A stretch of 64,000 nucleotides of DNA from a virus, in IMG/VR virus record IMGVR_UViG_3300020122_000089, positions 40,059 through 104,058 of that record. One strand, given 5' to 3'. The notes under the pieces were generated by a model that saw only the letters and a program-made list of their open reading frames with translations, had not been told where the DNA came from and did not search any database. A program made the translations under genes and the position numbers. Shown here one piece after another: positions 53,442-63,730 of the stretch; the stretch's first letter is position 1, and each line of letters starts with the position of its first letter.

Positions 53442-54129
53442 TTTGCTCTCCGGTTTGAAAGAGTTCTTGACAATGCACTACCCAACGGCCGTTAGGTAAC
53501 ACTGCGTAGCGGGCTAGTCTATCGTCAAGCATGCGGAAGGTTTTGTCGAGTGATATTATCTGATAGGGCCGCTCTGTGGTGACTGGAAACCGCCCACTCT
53601 CGCTAAAATAGAAGGCGCTTGGATTATCATCTCTTTTGTGGTAAACAAACCTATTACCACTCGATTTGATTACGGGAATCGCATAGCTGCATTCCGCCAT
53701 TTCATCTTGATACGATAGAAAGCAGAATCGGACAACGGATTCGGAAATGGATTTGTCAAAGGATCGTATCATTTCAGGGGTTGCAACGCCAATGCGGCCG
53801 TCAGCGGTACCGAGAAGTTCTTTTCGATATGAAACATAATCCTCAAGATGGTCGCCATCGAGTAGTGTTAGTGGAAGGCTGTCTTTCCAAACATACATAT
53901 CTTGCTGATTGCCATTTCTTCCTGATATCAGCATTGCTACAGGCTGTTCGCCTTCAAGATATCTCGAAACAATGTATACGCGACAGTCCGGAGAATGATG
54001 CCTCGAAATATCACCCTCTAACATAGGCGCTTGAGCAAGGTATTTCTTTTGAAACCATTGATCGCAGCAGTAGCCTGGAATCTCAAATACGGCGGCTTGT
54101 GTTTCTTCCGGAAGTATTGCTGCGCTCAT
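53428..54129 (-). CDS. hypothetical protein
   Basis: 233-aa ORF. Confidence 0.6.
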   Translation of the reverse strand: MSAAILPEETQAAVFEIPGYCCDQWFQKKYLAQAPMLEGDISRHHSPDCRVYIVSRYLEGEQPVAMLISGRNGNQQDMYVWKDSLPLTLLDGDHLEDYVSYRKELLGTADGRIGVATPEMIRSFDKSISESVVRFCFLSYQDEMAECSYAIPVIKSSGNRFVYHKRDDNPSAFYFSESGRFPVTTERPYQIISLDKTFRMLDDRLARYAVLPNGRWVVHCQELFQTGEQNGKV

Positions 54130-54312
54130 TTTAGACCTTGCTTCTTTTCGTAATGCTTAATGGTTCGAGGGGCATAATCGGGGAGGTTTTTAGGTGACTG
54201 CCCCTCGTGTATTCGGCGGCCTTTGAACGGGATAATCCTTTCGGGGCGGGGATGCTTCCCGACTGGATCGCTTTCATGTAGCCAAATTGGGCTTTACTCA
54301 CGCTTGGCATAA

Positions 54313-55089
54313 CTATTCCTCCGAAAGAAATGAACGCCCGGCACCCGCATACCGCTTGAGACTATTCATATCTATGTCATATGCGCGGTCGCTAGAACGT
54401 AATCTTTTCCAATCCGGCGGCTCCTGTTTCGACCATTGTCGAATTGTCGATGTGCGGAACCTTACATTCGTAACATGCGACGAAGCCCTAATCCCGTCCC
54501 TGCATAACACTTTCAACTTTTCTAGTTGGTATTGCATGCCGGGCTGTAACCCTTCAAATTCATAATCAACACGCCCGCCGTTCATTGTAGGGATGGGTGT
54601 TTCTATTTCCGATCGGATGATCTGATTATCAATACCGCGCAACACCGTCCTTAACCTCTCCGTGCCGGCAGGAATCCAGGCGGACAGCGTGGCGGCTACA
54701 TTACGATGTGTGTCAAATCTTTCGGCGATCTTAAAAGGCGTCAGCGGCTTCGGAAGTGGCAGACTGTTTATGCTTGAAGCGTCAAGCGCCACCATAGCCC
54801 TAAACGACTGCGCTGCTTTTTGAAGTTCGCGGGCTAGTTCAGTAGACGCAAGCCAAGCACCTTCTTCGGCGTAATAGATCGCTTTCATGTCTAGGTCAAG
54901 AGGTACTTCCCATTCCATACCAGACGGTAAAGTACCTTTGACCACTAAGCGTGGCGCGCCTAACCCATCAACAATGTCAGGTCCGTATTGCGTGTTCAGC
55001 CTAGCATCATGAACTTCGTTAGGCATCATCGCCTGTAATGAAGCCGAAGCTACAGATTCAAGATTTGCGGCCATATCTATAGCACTCAT
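54313..55089 (-). CDS. hypothetical protein
   Basis: About 258-aa ORF. Confidence 0.6.
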   Translation of the reverse strand: MSAIDMAANLESVASASLQAMMPNEVHDARLNTQYGPDIVDGLGAPRLVVKGTLPSGMEWEVPLDLDMKAIYYAEEGAWLASTELARELQKAAQSFRAMVALDASSINSLPLPKPLTPFKIAERFDTHRNVAATLSAWIPAGTERLRTVLRGIDNQIIRSEIETPIPTMNGGRVDYEFEGLQPGMQYQLEKLKVLCRDGIRASSHVTNVRFRTSTIRQWSKQEPPDWKRLRSSDRAYDIDMNSLKRYAGAGRSFLSEE

Positions 55090-55220
55090 TGCCAATACCT
55101 GTCGCCTTGAATTTTTGAGGTGTCAATTCGGAGCATGAAGGATAGAAGCCAAAATACAAAAACAACACCAATTGTCAGGACGATTAAGATTCCGATAGAT
55201 AACAGGATTGCAGCGAGCAT

Positions 55221-55577
55221 CTAATACATCCTCATAGGGGAATAAGGCGAAACGCCACGGAAGTTGGCGTATGGTTCTGGCGAGTTTGCGCCCGCCGTTG
55301 GAAAGCCTATCGGCCTTTCAGGTGAAGGCGCTGCAAGTGGTGGTAGTGCTTTGCCGCCTAAGTCTGGCGCTTGCTGGCTGAAAGATTGATTCGGTTGCTG
55401 TCCGTAAGGCTGTATTGACATCGTATCAGGTGTTGCACTGGCTAGTGGCTTTGCACCGCCAAGAGGATTCGCGTACATACCCTGCCCGTTACCTGCGCCG
55501 CCGCCAAAAGACATTCCGCCTTGCGAGAAGTCTGGCTGGCCGTATGCTTGCTGATTGTATTGGAAAGGGGATCCCAT
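55221..55577 (-). CDS. low-complexity Gly/Pro/Gln-rich protein
   Basis: 118-aa ORF with Shine-Dalgarno-like AAGAA/GGA. Confidence 0.55.
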   Translation of the reverse strand: MGSPFQYNQQAYGQPDFSQGGMSFGGGAGNGQGMYANPLGGAKPLASATPDTMSIQPYGQQPNQSFSQQAPDLGGKALPPLAAPSPERPIGFPTAGANSPEPYANFRGVSPYSPMRMY

Positions 55578-56156
55578 TTCTTTACTAATCCGCCACTATC
55601 GCTGTTGCTTTCGATAGCTGATTGAGAATTGCTGTGGTGAGTTTCATCCTTCCAGATGCTTCTAAAAATACGCACGCGGTCTCATGTGAAACCCTAGCGC
55701 CACACTTACATCGAAAAAAACATTGAACCGCATCATCTACCCAATCGTGAAGGTGTTGCATTTCCTATTTCCTCCGGAAGATTTTTCATTGTCTCCTTAC
55801 GTACCACGTATTCTAGTACGATTAACGTAAGTGGGTATTTTAGAGGCGCGCAACACTCTCGGAAATTTTATCCGAGAAGATTTCACGGCTCGATTATGAT
55901 GATTATAGCATAATACGGGGATGTTGTCAAGTGTTATTTTCAATACTTTCTTCCGGAAGATTCAATTTCTTCTTGTTTCGCACTCGCTTTATCAAGACAT
56001 TCTTGACAATAATTGCCGCCAATACACGGGTCGCCACATTGTGCACATCCATGATAGCGACACCAGGCATCGCTGTTGCTTCTGGGAGGATTACCGCAAA
56101 ATGGGACTAGGCACTGTAAATTACCTTCGGTTGTGGACGTATTATCGTTCATCTTA

Positions 56157-56528
56157 TCAATAAAGCCTCCGCTGTGGAAATGGCATCGCCATCGCTGGAT
56201 AGTCATCTTGTTGATGCTGTAATGGAACAAATGGCGCATTGACGTCCACCTGGCCGCCTCGCAACTGACCTGACGATCCCGGTCCCTGCCCGGTAAAATC
56301 ATACGCAAGGCCACCACCCATATCTAGTGGTAGCGCGTATGGCGCGGGTTGGTAGTTTGCCTTCGCCATCGCCTTCATTAACGCCATCTTGACGTAATCG
56401 TTATGCAGCGCGGGGTTTTGCTGTACTGTCGATTGCGCTGGTATCGTACCGGTACGCGGGGTTCCGTGGCGCGCCTGATCCGCGAGGATCATATATCTCC
56501 GCTCTATTTCATTACGGGGTGTGCTCAT
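56157..56528 (-). CDS. hypothetical protein
   Basis: ATGA overlap with the TerL stop. Confidence 0.6.
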   Translation of the reverse strand: MSTPRNEIERRYMILADQARHGTPRTGTIPAQSTVQQNPALHNDYVKMALMKAMAKANYQPAPYALPLDMGGGLAYDFTGQGPGSSGQLRGGQVDVNAPFVPLQHQQDDYPAMAMPFPQRRLY

Positions 56529-58105
56529 TTCATCCCTAGCTTCTTCATAAAATCTCCCTTGCCTTTCTTTGCTTCGCGGGCTTCATCTAGGAATTCTCGC
56601 ATCCAAAAGGCGGAGCTTACCTCCGCCATTGGGTGTGGATTGAAAGGCAAATTCTCGGGTTTTAGTGATTCGTCCAATCTCATCGTTGCTTTAGCGCGTT
56701 CGTCGTAATCAAGGCCCGTCATGTACTTTCTTGCACGGGCCCAACCTTCAGAAAGTGCGGAGATGATGTCATCATGGGCACCGGTTTGTGCGCCATAACG
56801 AATACGGCCGGAAGCAAGACGTTCCATCCCGTAAGATTCAAGCTCGGAGAGTAGCGTCGCATCGTTGGGGATAGAAATTTCCTTCCGTTCAAATGCTAAT
56901 ACAAGAGCCTGTACGGCTTCTTCTTTTGTTGCGTTCGTTACTGTAAAGCCTCGAACAGGAAGACCTTCTTCGCGCCCTTGACGCCCACGCCCTGACTTTG
57001 CGCGGTATTTCATCATCGAGAGGGCATCGGCAAGGGCGAGATTTCCTTGCTCCTCAGATACTATCTCTGCCGGTTGAAATGCTTCGCATAATGCAATAAG
57101 TCGAGCAATCTGTAATGTGTATTCTATTTGATTGAAACGGTCGATCTTGACTACTGATTTAGTTGAAGCGTCAATAACTACGAATACTGAGAAATCTTGT
57201 AGCTTTGCCCAGTCACAGCCTATTACGTAAACGTGGTAGGGCTCTGCCGATTCACGTTCGATACCTTGCTTGATACACGCATGTACGTTGCGGAATACAG
57301 CACCGCCATCCTCCAGAAATTCTGCGAGATATTCTTGTCGGAAAACATCTTCGGGGTACTCTTTTCTTGCTCTCTCAATTTCACTTGCCTTGATATAGGG
57401 ATTTGCTGAGGTTGGGAATTTCCAACTCATCCAATCGGTTTCTGCCGGGTCTTGCCCTTTGAGCCATAGTTTGTAGAATCCGCCCTTACCTGAAGGGGTG
57501 GAGGTAAACCACGCATCGCCTTCTAGGTCTATTAACGTAGGGGCGATGGCAAAGTTAAACGCCGCCTCTAGGTTTGGTATTAGCGCAGCTTCGTCTATTG
57601 CAACCCGTTTGTATTTACGACTACGGCCGGCCTTGTATTTGCCGGCGCTACCAGTCTCGCTGTCGAGCGACCACGCTTCAATGATTCCGCCTGTACTCAA
57701 TTCAATCCTGTGCTCTGAATCATTGGCACGTACTATCAGCGGTTCGGCGGCAGCCTTAATATCACGCCAGCCTTCGAGAAGAAACTTATAGGTGGGCGCA
57801 AAGTAACCTACAGGATATCCAGCCTCGGCCATCTCAACAAGTAGATTACTGTCGAGCTTTGTTTTACCGATACGACGACCGGCCGAGATTACGTTGAACC
57901 TTCTTGATTCAGCTACAATCTGCGCTTGTGCAGGGTGAAGAGCGAGCCTATGCGTCTTTGGCGCTTTAGCAGCAGCCTCTTGAGCCTCTAATGCCCGCCA
58001 CCGCTCCATATACGGAGCTAATAGTTCGTAAGGAGATGGTCTTTGATTTGCAGGCTGACTCATGCTGATTGTTGCTAGAAGTAATATGGCGGATAGGATT
58101 GGCAT
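56525..58105 (-). CDS. terL: terminase large subunit (start may be the later Met, MSQPAN)
   Basis: LHPAQ, Walker A SAGRRIGKT, Walker B VAIDEAA, STPSG, FRQEYLAEF, nuclease IGCDWAK..D and HDD. Confidence 0.95.
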   Translation of the reverse strand: MPILSAILLLATISMSQPANQRPSPYELLAPYMERWRALEAQEAAAKAPKTHRLALHPAQAQIVAESRRFNVISAGRRIGKTKLDSNLLVEMAEAGYPVGYFAPTYKFLLEGWRDIKAAAEPLIVRANDSEHRIELSTGGIIEAWSLDSETGSAGKYKAGRSRKYKRVAIDEAALIPNLEAAFNFAIAPTLIDLEGDAWFTSTPSGKGGFYKLWLKGQDPAETDWMSWKFPTSANPYIKASEIERARKEYPEDVFRQEYLAEFLEDGGAVFRNVHACIKQGIERESAEPYHVYVIGCDWAKLQDFSVFVVIDASTKSVVKIDRFNQIEYTLQIARLIALCEAFQPAEIVSEEQGNLALADALSMMKYRAKSGRGRQGREEGLPVRGFTVTNATKEEAVQALVLAFERKEISIPNDATLLSELESYGMERLASGRIRYGAQTGAHDDIISALSEGWARARKYMTGLDYDERAKATMRLDESLKPENLPFNPHPMAEVSSAFWMREFLDEAREAKKGKGDFMKKLGMK

Positions 58106-58340
58106 TGCAATTCTTCCGGAAGATTTAGCACTATCGGTAGGCTGCGAAAAACATTGCCGTAAGAATCAATACAAGTATCACATGCACTACGTATACAAGT
58201 TGATCTGCGTATCTTTCGGCGTCTCGTTGCGTCATTGATGATTCAGCCTTGATCATCCGCCCGCGAGCGGCACCGCAAGGAATTCCTTCAAAGACAGTCC
58301 GTTAGCCGTCCCTTGCAGAACTCGCGGGCGGAAACCTTTG

Positions 58341-58919
58341 TTACGCATTAGCGGCGGCATCCGCGGCCGCAAGTGCGTCAGTGATTGTTTGCCGGCTTTG
58401 TGCTACTGGTTCTGGTAGGGTTATCTTTGTCAAGTCGGCGTCGCGAAGCTCTTCAAATGTGTCAATACCTTCGCCGTTCAAAATACCGGCGAAAGGAAAG
58501 CTCAACGGGATAATGCCAATCGCTTGCTTCGCTAGAGGTGCTGGCGTCGGTGTTGGTGTCGGTGCTGGCGGCGTGAACGCGCTAGGGTCGGCAGCCTTCA
58601 CGGCGTCGTCCATCTTCTTCACATCGTCGCTTAACCCGCTGACGGCGGTAGCGATGCCCTGCAATGTGTCGAGTTGCGGCATGTCCCTGCCTATCTGCGT
58701 TTTCAAGTCAGTGACGGCGGTTTGCAGGTCTGCACTGAGGGTTGCGAGACTATCTTTCAAATCCACTAGCCCCTGGCTGATCGTATTCAGAACATCTTGT
58801 GCGGTTGACATTTTATGCTGTATCTCCTTTACTAGAACTCGAACAGAGAAAATAAGTTCATATAATGCGTCAAGACCAAAATAGTGGCGGATTTTCTTCC
58901 GGAAGAATTCATAAGGCAT
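58341..58919 (-). CDS. coiled-coil protein with Pro/Thr linker
   Basis: 192-aa ORF. Confidence 0.6.
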   Translation of the reverse strand: MPYEFFRKKIRHYFGLDALYELIFSVRVLVKEIQHKMSTAQDVLNTISQGLVDLKDSLATLSADLQTAVTDLKTQIGRDMPQLDTLQGIATAVSGLSDDVKKMDDAVKAADPSAFTPPAPTPTPTPAPLAKQAIGIIPLSFPFAGILNGEGIDTFEELRDADLTKITLPEPVAQSRQTITDALAAADAAANA

Positions 58920-59100
58920 TATACTACCTGACGGCGAGCGGCTTCGCGTAGTTTACGCTTCAAACATTCATCGCAAGACATGTATCTAACGCCTTGAGCA
59001 TTGTGGCGTTTTGTGCGTGGATTCTTAAAACAAGAGGCGCACATGTTCATGCGGATAGCATGCGCCCTGCGGATTTTGGTTTGTAATGGGCCGGGAGGAA

Positions 59101-59574
59101 TCATGCGCCCTCCATGCTATTTATTCGTGCTAACACTTGTAAGCGTTCACGGATTTTCTGTAATCTGATTTGCATTTTCATACGGCCTGGATTTTCCTTG
59201 TGGCGTTTGCCAGGCCCTAATCCGTGACCCATTTTGTTATCACGAAGGAAGGATACTTGCCTTCTGAAAATCTCATGACAGTGATTGCAATCGGTAGGAA
59301 GATGTGGAAGTTTTTCTTCGCCTCTCATAATGCGCATGTAAGATACCATGCCATCTGCGGAAAGCCAAGGGTGAGGATCGGCGGGCTGATGAGAATGAAA
59401 TTCAACCCTATTAAAATGGCTGCCGTGTATAACCCAAGTATTTGCACCTGGCGGTAGTGTTGGCGCGACAACCGATAGCACACGCCCGTTACCACTAACC
59501 AGCATCCCGTTAGGCGCTAGATTGGTTAGTGGTTTCAGGCTGTTAATATCGTAAGTTGGACTATTGGCGGACAT
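59101..59574 (-). CDS. hypothetical protein
   Basis: 157-aa ORF. Confidence 0.55.
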   Translation of the reverse strand: MSANSPTYDINSLKPLTNLAPNGMLVSGNGRVLSVVAPTLPPGANTWVIHGSHFNRVEFHSHQPADPHPWLSADGMVSYMRIMRGEEKLPHLPTDCNHCHEIFRRQVSFLRDNKMGHGLGPGKRHKENPGRMKMQIRLQKIRERLQVLARINSMEGA

Positions 59575-59943
59575 TGTTACGCAGCCTCACTTTCGTTTCT
59601 TCCGGAGGATAATTCGCGGAGTTTGGCGGATATCTTCTTTCTTTGAGGCGATAGGCTTAATGCACCACGGGCACCTAAACGAGAGCCAAGCCCACGTAAT
59701 GCTTTTAGCTGTAACTCAAAGGCATTTCTACAGTCAGAACATTTCGCTGGCTCGTGCGGTAGCTCTATTTCGCCTCGCATTAGCTGGGTGTAGGACTAGA
59801 GGCCGTCTGGTTCGAGCCAGGGGTGAGGACTGGAAAATCTACCCGCCCAACTATCATAGATTTTTTGATCGCGCTCAAATTGCTGCTTGATAATAGGATT
59901 GATTGCTTTAGAGAGCCCCACCTCGATGTCTTTGAAATTCAAA

Positions 59944-60579
59944 TCACTCATGATCGCCACTCCCCGCCACTGCTCCTTCCGGAAGATGATAAACGCCGTC
60001 TCCGTTATTGCTTCCGTTATTTGTCAAGATTAAATCTTCTTGTCTTAATAACTGGAGGTGTTCCTTGGGGACGCCCATAGAAACTACATACTTTAATGCT
60101 TCAGCGATAGCAAAACCTGCCTCTAATTGTACGCGGATCATTCCAGCTACTACCTCCCGCCTTTTTTCTGTTACGTCTTCTATTTGAATTGGGCCGCCAT
60201 TAGCACCTACATGCTCTACGGTGTTCTTTTCAAAATAACCACCCTTGGTTTTGAGCCATAATGATACGGCCCAAGGCTCTCTGCGCTTAATGGACTCAAT
60301 GAGCTTTATTTCGGAGAAGTCGGTGATATAAGTTCTTGCTTCATCCCTAGCCTTTGCCAATTGCGGATAAACATTGAGGTACCTATGAATGGTCTTTTGT
60401 GAGCATTGTAATGTTTTAGCGGTTGGTATAACTAATCCCTTATTTCTACGTAGCGCCCACTCTACTTGTTCAATAGTGAATTTTTCTTGTAAACGTGTAG
60501 AATATGAAGCCAACGGGAAACCATTACCGCCATTATTATCTATTGTGGATTGTTGTTGAGTGTCCATAAGTACAACCAT
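59944..60579 (-). CDS. terS: terminase small subunit-like HTH protein
   Basis: HTH (AKTLQCSQKTIHRY), W..LWLKTKGGY and VEHVGANGGPIQ motif; upstream of TerL. Confidence 0.7.
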   Translation of the reverse strand: MVVLMDTQQQSTIDNNGGNGFPLASYSTRLQEKFTIEQVEWALRRNKGLVIPTAKTLQCSQKTIHRYLNVYPQLAKARDEARTYITDFSEIKLIESIKRREPWAVSLWLKTKGGYFEKNTVEHVGANGGPIQIEDVTEKRREVVAGMIRVQLEAGFAIAEALKYVVSMGVPKEHLQLLRQEDLILTNNGSNNGDGVYHLPEGAVAGSGDHE

Positions 60580-60580
60580 T

Positions 60581-61395
60581 CTAAGTGGTCAAAAGAAATT
60601 GCTTAATTCTTCTTCCAATAAACTCTGCAACGTTTGGGGTGACGGCGTTACCGATTCCTTTGTAACCACCCACCCAATCGGAAAGCCTCCCACCATCTCG
60701 GCTTCGCCTATCGTCAAGTAACGCGGGCCCCTCGCCGTTTCTATGTACGGGCATGGCGTCCGGTGTATTATACAAGTCGTAAGCGTTGGCTTCTCGCTTG
60801 CTAATTGCATCCATCCACGCTTTATCGCTCTCAATATAGGGGCATCGCTATGAAGTATTGAGGCGCTACAAGACCCTCCGGGATAGGCAACAATGAAGAC
60901 TCTACGGCGTCTTTGGGGTACTCCAAAGAATTGACTATCGAGCACTCTCCATTCCGCATCATACCCGATTTCGGCCAAGGCCCCAAGAACTCGGTCAATT
61001 CCTCGAAGAAGGAGCGCTGCCACGTTCTCCACGAGGACAACTCTCGGTCGTAATGCGTGAACGATTCTAAGGTATTCAACCCATAGTCCGCTTCTTGCAC
61101 CATCGATGCCTTCTCTATTTCCGGCGTTACTAATATCTTGACACGGGAATCCTCCGGCGAGGCAATCAACCCGCTCAAGCCCTCCGGCGTTAATAGTCCG
61201 AATGTCCCCGTATCGCTTGACGGTCGGCCAATGTTGCTTGAGGATTGTTCTTGCATAATCGTTTATCTCCACCTGCCAACGGCAAGACATCCCGGATCGT
61301 TCTAACCCTAAATCCAACCCTCCAATTCCCGAAAACAAACTACCAAACATTGGGGTGTTATTGCCATTATTAGACCGTGATAGATTGGCGCTCAT
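60581..61395 (-). CDS. C5-cytosine DNA methyltransferase locus of the overlapping alpha/beta type, with motifs spread over three frames
   Basis: LFSGIGG, GFPCQD, ENV, QRRRRVF and motif IX (GFPIGW) in 60589-61395; motif X (GNAVTP) in 60581-60814; beta-like ORF 60831-61256. Confidence 0.8.
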
Positions 61396-62388
61396 TATGA
61401 TTTCTTCTCTAAAGGCTTTTGAACTAACGTACCGGGTAATACGATAATACCTTGCGCTTGGCCTACTAGGTATACGGATACGTTATCAGGCTGGCTAAAC
61501 CTATAAGATGAGACGGCTGCTGTGATACACTCTAGGAGTCTTTCATGGACCGCAATTCGGTCGTATTGTATGTTGTTAATAGGTAAAGAGTATTGTGATA
61601 TGTTCGTACTCATGCCGTTGCCGCCTTTTATAACATTCCAAACAAATCATTCTGCCCGCTTGCGCGGTGTTTTTGAAACTGCTTGCCGTGTGCGATGGCT
61701 TTGTCAATTTGGGTTTCGATTAAGAATTGACGCCAAGTGCCAATTAGGAAATCTTCAATAAGTTTTCGGTTATATCTCATACGTGGCGCTATTGCGTTCA
61801 TGATGGCATCTTCGTTGCTGTCAATTAGAATGCCTACCTTACCGCTAAGGTATTTCAGATATTCCTTATCGGTATTGTGATTTACGTTGGTGGTCATCTA
61901 TGCTGCCCCCGTAGTTTTCGGAAATAGATATTCTGAAGAGATTGAATCTCCGCAAGGCTCTCACCGTAGGCGACTAGATCATAGGTTGATACTGGCCACT
62001 TTGAGACGTGATGCGTAAAATTGCGGCGCAACGGTCGCCTGCCCCGTTCTCTGCGCTTCGGGACACCCAATAACATGCGGATGTGTGTTCAGGCTATCCG
62101 GCCTTGCGCCGTATTCACAGGTCGCCGTCGAGATCGCCATTTTCTTTTGTAATTTCGCTTTCATTTGCGCATTCATCAGTTTGCGTTTCCTCTTTGGCGT
62201 CTAACGGCTTTTGGAAAAATTCATATCCGCATCTAGCGCAAGAACGGACTATGTGTTGGTCCTGCCCTTGATAAGAACATAGAATGACAGAACATCCTTC
62301 TTCTTCAAAACTTTCATCGTGATAGGAGGTGCGGAGAACATTACATCCGCACTTAGGGCAATCGCTGTCGATTTTGTAAGGGTCCACA

Positions 62389-62913
62389 TTATTTCATTTC
62401 TTCCGGAAGAAGATGCGCGATTTCTTTAACAGAAACGTCGTGCTTGAAGTTGCTCATTATTCCTGTGCCCGATAAAAGAATGCGGACCCTATCACTTTCT
62501 TTTAGTCGCTTATCAAATAGGCCAGTCATACCGCTGTAGATCCCTGTACCTATCACCTTTACCGGATCGTTATGCCTAAACCCATAATCCGATACATCAT
62601 CGCGAATATCATCAAGCATTACAAAGCCGTCTCGCATTCTTGATTGGATTAGAACTATGTCGTAAACAGGAATAATTGCTGGAGCGCCGGCGAATTCAAC
62701 TATCGAACGAAAGCCCTGGGCGCGTCTGATGATTGCAAGATTGTCACCGTCGTTGAGATTGACACAGGCGAAAACGTATCGAGGTAAGAATGGGTAGATT
62801 CGTTTTCTCGACTCTTTAACTCTAGGTGCCATTGCAATGATATTTTCAGATTCAAGCGCATGTTTTAATCGCTGTTCTTGGGAGGGGTGGGTGTGTAGGA
62901 TATGCCAAGCCAT
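62389..62913 (-). CDS. NusG/RfaH-family transcription antiterminator
   Basis: W.ILHT.P.QE...PFLPRYVF (NGN domain) and G.RHNDPVKVIG.G.YSGMTGLF (KOW). Leaderless ATG 7 nt after CATACT. Confidence 0.85.
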   Translation of the reverse strand: MAWHILHTHPSQEQRLKHALESENIIAMAPRVKESRKRIYPFLPRYVFACVNLNDGDNLAIIRRAQGFRSIVEFAGAPAIIPVYDIVLIQSRMRDGFVMLDDIRDDVSDYGFRHNDPVKVIGTGIYSGMTGLFDKRLKESDRVRILLSGTGIMSNFKHDVSVKEIAHLLPEEMK

Positions 62914-63140
62914 GATTTTAAGTATGCGCAGCCGTTTACGGCGACTTCCCGTATTCTGAATTCTTCCGGAAGATTTCCCGCCACCGCCCTCTAGGTGGCG
63001 TTGCTGAGACTGCATAAACACGGAAAGGCGCCCTTTGGCAAGGCGCCTACGATTTTCGTCAGGATGCGCGTTGAATTCCTATGCATTCTCGCGTCCGATG
63101 ATTGTTTGTGCTTGAAAGTTACTACTCCAACTACTCTTGT

Positions 63141-63283
63141 AGTATAACATACTCCGGGCTGCTTGTCAAGTAAAAAATACACTGTTTTCTTCCGGAAGAA
63201 TTCAAAACTGACAAAATTTGATAGAAAATAATCGACCGGGTAGGCGGTTTTTACTTGACAAACATCCTTACTGAGCGCATAAT
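63141..63283. promoter_or_regulatory. divergent promoter pair flanking a perfect TTCTTCCGGAAGAA site
   Basis: Leftward TTGACA 63169, 17 bp, TATACT 63146; rightward TTGACA 63255, 17 bp, CATAAT 63278; palindrome at 63187-63200. Confidence 0.75.
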
Positions 63284-63323
63284 GTCCTTGCGATTGAGAA
63301 TTGATAGAAAAAAGGAGATGAAC

Positions 63324-63656
63324 ATGAGCAAGAATGGCAAAAACACCAAAACGGCAAAGCGAGTGCATAAGCTCTCTTTGTCAAAGGCTTTTGAAAGCGG
63401 AGCGATCAAGCCCGGTCAGCGCGTTCGAGCGTTCTACCGCGATCACGAGATTGTGGGATTTCTTCGCAAGGATGCGACAATCAAACTGTCGGCGCCTACG
63501 CTGCCCGACATTGACAATCAGGTGTTTGGGACGATTTCTGGCGCCGCGAATGCAATCTGCGCCGCCGCCGGAAAGCCGACTCAGAGAAGCGGGTATTATT
63601 TCTTCGGAACCGTTGTCAATGGCAAGACGGTGCGACTCGCTGATCTCTGTCAGTAA
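63324..63656 (+). CDS. RAMA-like (Mrr N-terminal-type) DNA-binding domain protein
   Basis: F.TISGAA..I...SGY.FF...G..L.DL pattern; AAGGAG Shine-Dalgarno. Confidence 0.6.
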   Translation: MSKNGKNTKTAKRVHKLSLSKAFESGAIKPGQRVRAFYRDHEIVGFLRKDATIKLSAPTLPDIDNQVFGTISGAANAICAAAGKPTQRSGYYFFGTVVNGKTVRLADLCQ

Positions 63657-63730
63657 GCGCACCTTAACCGCTTTTAGCGGGTTGAGCGTATCAGCCCGCT
63701 TGATTTTCAGATAAGAGAGAGGGGGGTATA

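Larger units (their letters stand above)
1629..63200. repeat. dispersed palindrome TTCTTCCGGAAGAA (about 40 exact or near copies)
   Basis: Perfect 14-mers start at 5335, 13634, 14487, 15427, 22618, 23547, 25752, 26138, 27760, 29635, 32340, 44780, 46165, 50725, 58894, 62398, 63187. About 12 more carry the 12-bp core and about 11 are variants (manual count). Confidence 0.95.

Noticed and set aside
46185-58105. Introns or inteins in portal or TerL
   Set aside because: Both frames are continuous with expected motif spacing; no group I P7 signatures or intein terminal motifs were noticed
1629-63200. Palindrome as CRISPR repeat or intrinsic terminator
   Set aside because: Copies are dispersed at irregular kb-scale spacing with no spacer array or cas genes; many lie inside genes and lack a loop and U-tract
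112-63714. Most short opposite-strand ORFs in the six-frame track
   Set aside because: They overlap longer, motif-bearing genes on the other strand and lack promoters or ribosome-binding sites
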